From NCBI GenBank assembly GCA_040830765.1, contig JBFOMH010000015.1:16424-80423 (forward strand): 64,000 nt of DNA. Reading direction: 5' to 3'. The notes below the pieces were generated by a model. That model was not told the DNA's origin and ran no database searches. It saw only the letters and a list, made by a program, of their open reading frames with translations. Below are positions 57,969 to 64,000 of the stretch, one piece after another. A program made the translations under genes and the position numbers. This DNA is from Puniceicoccaceae bacterium (GTDB taxonomy: Bacteria > Verrucomicrobiota > Verrucomicrobiia > Opitutales > Oceanipulchritudinaceae). Positions within the stretch are counted from its first letter, which is position 1, and each line of letters starts with the position of its first letter.

Positions 57969-59036
57969 ATGCAAGCACGACCCAATCCTCAGTCCATCCT
58001 TACCCGTTACAAGCGCTTCCGCATTATTGGCCAGGGCCTTAGCGGGAGCTTGCTTGCCCTGCACCTCAAGGATTTGGAGATCCCGTTTATCGTCCAGGAT
58101 GTTGAACTGCCCGGCAGCGCGACGGTTGTCGCACCTGGCATCGTCAATCCATTGGCAGGAAGGAATTTCCGCCCCCCGAAGTATGTCGATGATCTCCTTA
58201 AGCACCTGCACGGATCCATGCAGCTGGTGGAGAAAATTCTCGGCATCCAGATATGGACCAGCTGTCCGATCCTGCGCATGTTTTCCGAACCCACCCAGTA
58301 CGATCGATTCCTGCGCAGCATCAAGGGAGAGGGAGGCGATGCCTTTGTCGACGAAGAGTATTCAGAAAACCACTTCCCTTATCTGAATGATGTCTATGGG
58401 AGTTTCCTGACAAAAGGTGGTGGCTGGGCCAATCTCCCCCACCTCATCGAAGTGACCCGGACCTGGTTGCGCCAGAACGGGTTGCTTGATGAACACGAAT
58501 GGGACTATCCGGAGGAAGCACCGCAGGACACGGGAGAGGAACTGCTGGTATTCTGCGAGGGCTGGAGAATCCTCAACAACCCCCATTGGTCCTTCATTCC
58601 GCACAACCCGGCCAAGGGGGAAATGCTGATGGTCCGCTTTGAGGAAGCCTTTCCGAGGGACCGTATCTACAACCAGTCCTGCTGGGTGCAACCCGTCAAT
58701 GATGACTTGTGGCGCGTCGGGGCCACCTACAGCTGGTCCGCTTTTGACGGAACGCCCTCACTCGACGGTGCCACCCATCTGCAGGAAAACCTCCAACTGC
58801 TGACCGGCATCCCATTCCAGGTCGAGGAGCAGCTCGCTGGCGTCAGGCCCATTGTCGAGGACTACCGTCCGGTTATCGGACAGCATCCGGCCATTCCTCA
58901 TTGGTTCATTCTCAATGCCCTCGGCTCAAAGGGAGTCCTGCAGGCTCCGACGGCGATCCGTGATCTTCTTGAATACCTGCTCGAGGGGAGCCGCATTCCC
59001 AGTGCCTGGTCGGTCGACCGCTTCGTCGAATCCTGA
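57969..59036 (+). CDS. FAD-dependent oxidoreductase (DAO/glycine oxidase-like family)
   Basis: IIGQGLSG, APGIVNP, FCEG, KGE, VGATY, AGVRP..DYRPVIG, NALGSKG. Confidence 0.88.
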   Translation: MQARPNPQSILTRYKRFRIIGQGLSGSLLALHLKDLEIPFIVQDVELPGSATVVAPGIVNPLAGRNFRPPKYVDDLLKHLHGSMQLVEKILGIQIWTSCPILRMFSEPTQYDRFLRSIKGEGGDAFVDEEYSENHFPYLNDVYGSFLTKGGGWANLPHLIEVTRTWLRQNGLLDEHEWDYPEEAPQDTGEELLVFCEGWRILNNPHWSFIPHNPAKGEMLMVRFEEAFPRDRIYNQSCWVQPVNDDLWRVGATYSWSAFDGTPSLDGATHLQENLQLLTGIPFQVEEQLAGVRPIVEDYRPVIGQHPAIPHWFILNALGSKGVLQAPTAIRDLLEYLLEGSRIPSAWSVDRFVES

Positions 59037-59037
59037 T

Positions 59038-59289
59038 TCAGGAAAGGCTCTTTTCCTTCAGCCGCCGAACGATTTCAAGGTCCTTGGGATAGACTTTGCC
59101 GCGCTTCAGGTTCCGGTCCATCTGCTCCAGAAGCGTATCCCAATCCTCTTCGTCCGGCTCATAGGATTCCCGTGGCTCAAAGCGCTCCCGGTGAATAATC
59201 CAATGAGCCTTTTCCTTGATGAGCTTGAATTCAATCTGCTGTCGCTTGCCGGTCTCGTCCCGGCGGTACCATGAAAGGGAACAAGTCAT
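59038..59289 (-). CDS. Small hypothetical protein coupled to pyrF
   Basis: 83 aa; ATGA overlap with the pyrF stop; PDEEDW motif. Confidence 0.65.
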   Translation of the reverse strand: MTCSLSWYRRDETGKRQQIEFKLIKEKAHWIIHRERFEPRESYEPDEEDWDTLLEQMDRNLKRGKVYPKDLEIVRRLKEKSLS

Positions 59290-60128
59290 CGTGAAGCTCC
59301 TTTTGTGGTGGCTGCCTGCAACTCCTGGCAGGCCGATTTCAAGGCAAGCGTGGCCTGGCCGGCCGCCTCGGCATAATCCTCCCCAGCGGAGGCATAAATG
59401 ATCCCGCGGGAACTGTTGATCAGGAGTCCCCAGCCGTCAGGGCGCAGACCGGCCTGTAGAGTTGCCTCGAGATCCCCTCCCTGGGCGCCTATCCCGGGAA
59501 CCAGCAATGGCATCTCCCCGATGACAGTACGGACCCTGGCCAATTCATCTGGATAAGTGGCACCGACGACAAGAGCCAGATTGTCGTGACGATTCCACTC
59601 GCCGGCAGCCTGCCGGGCAACCTCCATGAAGAGCGGATGCCCCTTTTCCAGGACCAGATCCTGCAGCTCTGCTGATCCGGGATTGGATGTCTTGCACAGG
59701 ACAATGACCCCCTTGTCCGTGTAGCGGGTAAACGGGATCAGGGTGTCTCCGCCCATGTAAGGATTCACCGTCACGGCATCAGCTCCGTAGACCGAGAAGG
59801 CCTCTAGCGCATACTGGTCCGCGGTGCTGCCGATATCGCCCCGTTTGGCATCAAGAATGGACACCCGTCCGGGCGCTGCCTGCCGGAGGTAGTCCATCGT
59901 TTCCATCAGTTCATCAAGACGGTTCTCCGCCGCATAATAGGCAAACTGAGGTTTGTAGGCACAGGCATGCTCGACGGTGGCGTCGATTAGCCGCTTGTTG
60001 AAGGTGAGAAAGGGCTTGGCCTCGCCTCGCACGCAGGCCGGTAGCCGGTCCATCTGCGGATCGAGGCCGACACAGACCATGGAACCGGACTCCGCCCATG
60101 CCGTTTGCAATTTCTTCTTAAAGGTCAT
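59286..60128 (-). CDS. pyrF: Orotidine-5'-phosphate decarboxylase
   Basis: CVGLDP, YKPQFAYY, LDAKRGDIGST, TVNPYMG, KTSNPGS, VVGAT, PGIGAQGG, NSSRGI. Confidence 0.95.
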   Translation of the reverse strand: MTFKKKLQTAWAESGSMVCVGLDPQMDRLPACVRGEAKPFLTFNKRLIDATVEHACAYKPQFAYYAAENRLDELMETMDYLRQAAPGRVSILDAKRGDIGSTADQYALEAFSVYGADAVTVNPYMGGDTLIPFTRYTDKGVIVLCKTSNPGSAELQDLVLEKGHPLFMEVARQAAGEWNRHDNLALVVGATYPDELARVRTVIGEMPLLVPGIGAQGGDLEATLQAGLRPDGWGLLINSSRGIIYASAGEDYAEAAGQATLALKSACQELQAATTKGASR

Positions 60129-60228
60129 CGCTGAATGATAATCAACCTGCAGCGCCCACCATCTCATGACAAGCCTTGGTTGAGGCTGCTATTGCCTTAT
60201 CCGGAAAGGTGCTCCAGAATAGGGTCCT

Positions 60229-61560
60229 ATGATGTCCAGAAAAGCCCTGTTCTTCATCACGGTTGCAAGTACCCTGTCCGCTACGACTGTTCTGGCTGCT
60301 GAAATGGCTCTCCAGCTCAGCCTGAGGGATGCCCTCAATCGAGCACCCGAGGCCAACTTCCAGATCCTCCTTGCCCGGGAGGGTGTCCTTAGCCAGGAGG
60401 AAGTGGTCCGGTCCTCACGCTCCGCTTTGCTTCCCCGAGTTTCCCTGGAGGCCCGTCAGTCCAGGTCCATGACACCAGCCATGGATCCGCTGTATGAAAT
60501 GTTCCCGGACCTTCCGGATCGCTTCTTCATGGACCGGTTTGATGGTGTCCTGCGGGCCCGCCTGAGCCTCATCAACACAAGGTCTTTGGATGACTGGAAG
60601 CTCTCCAAGCTCTCGCTCGCAGCCACGGAGTGGCAGCTCCAGGAAACCACCCAGGCCATCCTTGAACGGATCGCCATCCTCTACTTCACCCACTGGCGCA
60701 ATGAGCGACGGATGAGCGTTATCGATGCCAACCTCGAACGCGACAAGGTGCTCTTGCAAATCGCCACGGACCAGAAAAACGCCGGAGTGGCCACTGCCCT
60801 TGATGTCACGCGGGCGGAAGTTGGCCTGGCCGGAAACGAGCTGGCTCGCCTGCAGCAGGAAACGACCGTCCTGGAAAGTGCGCTCACCCTGAAGCAGGTC
60901 CTCAACCTGCCGCTGGGCAGGGAGCTTGAGCTGACCGCGGAACCGTATTTCGAAGAGGAAACAAACATCGCCTTCAGCGAGGAAGGTTTCCGTAAGGTCC
61001 TCCAGAACCGGCCGGACTACCAGGCCCTGAGTACCGAACTGGAGCGGGAGTCGTTGGCCGTCCGGGCCGCACGGCGTGAACACCTGCCCAGCATGGAACT
61101 GTCCGGTCAATGGGGCTACCTCTCCGAGTCCTGGTCGGACCCCATGGAAGAGCAATGGAACATCCAGCTGGGCGTCTCGGTCCCGGTCTTTGAGGGATTC
61201 CGTATCGATGCCGGCAAGCGTCTGGCCGCCTCCGCCCTTCGCCAGAGGCAAATTGAACGTGACGACCTCGAATCGCGCATCGAGTCCGAATACCGCCTTC
61301 GCCTGCAGCAATTGCAGTCCAGCGCGAAACAGGTCAAGGTCGCCCAGCGGACCCGCGACCTCAGTGAACGGGAGTTTAATCTGGAGCGGATTCGCTTCGA
61401 GGAAGGGGTAGCCGACAACAGCAATGTGGTCATTGCCCAGACAAATCTGGCTGATGCCGAGGACGCCCTCGTGGAAGCTGAATTCCAGTACATCCTGGCC
61501 CGGATCAATCTTGCCCGCGCCGAGGGGGATGTCCTGCAGGTGCTGGAAACCCGGCGCTGA
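60229..61560 (+). CDS. TolC family outer-membrane efflux protein
   Basis: Signal peptide, two OEP repeats (LLPRVSL, HLPSMEL, VSVPVFEG, RFEEG). Confidence 0.9.
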   Translation: MMSRKALFFITVASTLSATTVLAAEMALQLSLRDALNRAPEANFQILLAREGVLSQEEVVRSSRSALLPRVSLEARQSRSMTPAMDPLYEMFPDLPDRFFMDRFDGVLRARLSLINTRSLDDWKLSKLSLAATEWQLQETTQAILERIAILYFTHWRNERRMSVIDANLERDKVLLQIATDQKNAGVATALDVTRAEVGLAGNELARLQQETTVLESALTLKQVLNLPLGRELELTAEPYFEEETNIAFSEEGFRKVLQNRPDYQALSTELERESLAVRAARREHLPSMELSGQWGYLSESWSDPMEEQWNIQLGVSVPVFEGFRIDAGKRLAASALRQRQIERDDLESRIESEYRLRLQQLQSSAKQVKVAQRTRDLSEREFNLERIRFEEGVADNSNVVIAQTNLADAEDALVEAEFQYILARINLARAEGDVLQVLETRR

Positions 61561-61627
61561 AATTAATGCTATAAGTTTAACTTTTCGGATTGCATTGTCC
61601 GATTAGCAATATTTATAACCGGACATC

Positions 61628-63268
61628 ATGAAGGTCGGGTTAGCCCAGATTAACACCATTGTCGGGGACATGGATGGCAATCGTGCCAGGATCCTCGAAA
61701 GCTACCACAAACTGGTGGAAGCCGGAGCGGAGATCGTTGTCTACCCCGAGCTCGTGACCACGGGTTACCCGCCGCGGGACCTCCTCTTCAAGACCCGCTT
61801 TGTCGACAACAACCTGATCTCACTGGAGAAGATTGCCGCGGAAATCGGCACCGTGCCTGCGTTGATCGGTTATGTGGAAAAGAATCCTGCCGAGAAGGGC
61901 CGGCGCTTCTTTAACGCCGCCGCCTGGTGCGAACGCGGGAAGGTTCGCCAAATCGCCCGCAAGACCTTGTTGCCGACCTATGATGTCTTTGACGAGGACC
62001 GCTACTTCGAGTCGGCCGAGGAGCCAACCATCATCCGCTGGAAGGGCTGGCGCTTCGGGGTGACCATTTGCGAGGACATCTGGACCGGCCCCATTGTCGA
62101 GACCAGCCGCCACTACGATTCGGATCCGCTGGCCTTTTTCGAGGATGCGGATGTGGACATGATCCTGAATCTGTCCGCCAGTCCCTGGCATTACGGGAAG
62201 GACTCCACCCGGCAGGCCATCGTCCGAACCGCCGCCTTGCGGACCGCAAAACCAATTGTCTATGTCAATGCCGTCGGCGGCAATGACGAGCTCATCTTTG
62301 ACGGCCATTCCTTGGTCATGAGCGGCAGCGGGGAGCTGCTTTGCGGACTCCCTCCCTTTGCGGAACATCTGGAAGTTTTCGATGTGGATGGTGTCGACAA
62401 ATCCATCTCCCAGGAATTCCAGCGCGACTCCCTTGCGGATATTCATGACGCGCTGGTCCTCGGCCTGCGCGATTACGCCCACAAGAGTGGCTTCCAGAAG
62501 GCCTTGATCGGGTTGAGCGGCGGTATCGACTCCGCCATCACGGCAGCCATTGCCGCCCAGGCGCTGGGCCCGGAAAATGTCATTGGCATCAGCCTGCCGT
62601 CGGCGATTTCCAGCGAGCACAGTAAGGATGATGCCAAACAACTGGCCGAACACCTTGGTATCCAGTACAACACGCTGGCCATCAACGAGGTGGTCGACGC
62701 CGCCATGGCAACCTTGCAACCCCTCTTTGGTGACATGGAGGCCGACGTGACGGAGGAAAATGTCCAGGCCCGGGCCCGTGGGCTTCTGCTGATGGCCGTT
62801 TCCAACAAATTTGGCGCCCTCCTTTTGACGACCGGGAACAAGAGCGAGGTCTCGGTGGGCTACTGTACGCTTTATGGTGATATGGCCGGTGGGCTCGCCG
62901 TCATTTCCGACCTGCCGAAGACAAGGGTCTACGCCCTCTCGCACTGGATCAACCGGGAAAAGGAAATCATTCCTTGGAACACCATCAAGAAGGAGCCTTC
63001 CGCGGAACTGCGTCCCGATCAGAAAGACGAGGATTCACTGCCTCCCTACCACATCCTCGATGCCATCCTCAGGCGCTACATCGAGGAGGGACAATCCTCG
63101 GCCGAAATCATTGAAGCCGGCTTTCTCCCGGAAGTCGTCAATGACGTCATCCGCAAGGTGGACCTGAACGAATACAAACGTAAGCAGGCCGCCCCCGGCC
63201 TCAAGATCACACCGCTCGCCTTCGGTGTCGGGCGACGCATCCCCATCGTCCAGAAGTACGTCAGCTAA
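61628..63268 (+). CDS. nadE: Glutamine-dependent NAD+ synthetase
   Basis: Nitrilase domain E-K-C triad (YPEL, KTLLP, ICEDIW); [33 protein letters not shown]. Confidence 0.95.
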   Translation: MKVGLAQINTIVGDMDGNRARILESYHKLVEAGAEIVVYPELVTTGYPPRDLLFKTRFVDNNLISLEKIAAEIGTVPALIGYVEKNPAEKGRRFFNAAAWCERGKVRQIARKTLLPTYDVFDEDRYFESAEEPTIIRWKGWRFGVTICEDIWTGPIVETSRHYDSDPLAFFEDADVDMILNLSASPWHYGKDSTRQAIVRTAALRTAKPIVYVNAVGGNDELIFDGHSLVMSGSGELLCGLPPFAEHLEVFDVDGVDKSISQEFQRDSLADIHDALVLGLRDYAHKSGFQKALIGLSGGIDSAITAAIAAQALGPENVIGISLPSAISSEHSKDDAKQLAEHLGIQYNTLAINEVVDAAMATLQPLFGDMEADVTEENVQARARGLLLMAVSNKFGALLLTTGNKSEVSVGYCTLYGDMAGGLAVISDLPKTRVYALSHWINREKEIIPWNTIKKEPSAELRPDQKDEDSLPPYHILDAILRRYIEEGQSSAEIIEAGFLPEVVNDVIRKVDLNEYKRKQAAPGLKITPLAFGVGRRIPIVQKYVS

Positions 63269-63276
63269 GGCAGGCC

Positions 63277-63894
63277 TCAGGTCCCGTAGAGGCGATCGCC
63301 GAAATCACCCAATCCGGGCCGGATGTACTTGTTCGCATCCAGTTCCCGGTCGAGGGCACCGCAGAAGATGCGCAGGCCGGGAAAACGTGACTCCAGCCGC
63401 TGCACGCCCTCGGGCGCAGCCACGATGCAAAGGAAATCAACCCGTTGCGCTCCCGCTTCAAAGACGGCCTCAATTGCCTGCTCGGAGGAACCTCCGGTGG
63501 CCAGCATCGGATCCACCACCAGCACCCTGGCCCCCTCGAGGGGTGGAAACTTGCAGTAGTAACGACGCGCCTCGGCAGTATCCTCGTTCCGCTCCAGCCC
63601 GATATAGCCCACGGAGACCTCGGGCAGCAGCCGGACGATGCAGTCGATCATGCCGGCACCGGCCCGCAGGATGGCGACAACGACCACTTGTTCATTGATG
63701 AAGGCTGCCTCCATGGTCTCAAGGGGTGTCTCGATGGTTTCCTCCTTGGTCCGTAGGTCGCTGGTCGCAGCAAGGGCCAGAAAAGTGGTCACCTGGTCAC
63801 AATAACGCCGGAAAACGTGGGGCGGGTTGTCCTTGCGGCGCAGTTGATTGATGTAATGGACGGCGGCGGGATGTTTGATGATTTCCAGTGGCAT
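63277..63894 (-). CDS. upp: Uracil phosphoribosyltransferase
   Basis: ILRAG, DPMLATGGS, YIRPGLGDFGDRLYGT. Confidence 0.95.
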   Translation of the reverse strand: MPLEIIKHPAAVHYINQLRRKDNPPHVFRRYCDQVTTFLALAATSDLRTKEETIETPLETMEAAFINEQVVVVAILRAGAGMIDCIVRLLPEVSVGYIGLERNEDTAEARRYYCKFPPLEGARVLVVDPMLATGGSSEQAIEAVFEAGAQRVDFLCIVAAPEGVQRLESRFPGLRIFCGALDRELDANKYIRPGLGDFGDRLYGT

Positions 63895-64000
63895 GGTGCT
63901 TATCCTTGTAGTTCCTTGTCGAGTATGGGCAGGGCGGAAGAGAAAAGGCTGGTTACCTTCTGAATCGTTTCGCGGGCCGTCCGGGCCACGTCTTCGTGCG

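Overview
This is a gene-dense, GC-rich bacterial chromosome segment. It most likely comes from Verrucomicrobiota (Opitutia/Puniceicoccaceae-like), inferred from the lpxC-fabZ fusion, a PVC-type prepilin protein, rnhB plus rnhC, and the EF-P and PdxJ variants. No phage, IS element, CRISPR array, rRNA or tRNA was seen. Main blocks: (1) an 11-gene type II secretion operon (380-11267); (2) galM and a secreted DUF5060 glycoside-hydrolase-like protein; (3) housekeeping genes lpxA, efp, lpxC-fabZ, HIT, dprA, nnr, pdxJ, rnhB, rnhC, mutY, and a class II RNR nrdJ with tandem NrdR boxes and a DnaA box; (4) mixed accessory genes (27978-42905); (5) a 14 kb respiratory locus in which alternative complex III (actABCDEF plus an actG-like gene) runs directly into an atypical cbb3-family oxidase (ccoS-N-O plus a monoheme cytochrome c), preceded by a Tat-like micro-ORF and a Cu-type P1B ATPase; (6) pyrF, TolC, nadE and upp. 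The most interesting signals are the ACIII-atypical cbb3 operon with its uncharacterised small ORFs, an EF-P with a QGRQ (Arg32) loop, and a recurring -35/-10 promoter ending 6-8 nt before start codons, which suggests widespread leaderless mRNAs. All family assignments come from motif recognition by eye; no database search was run.
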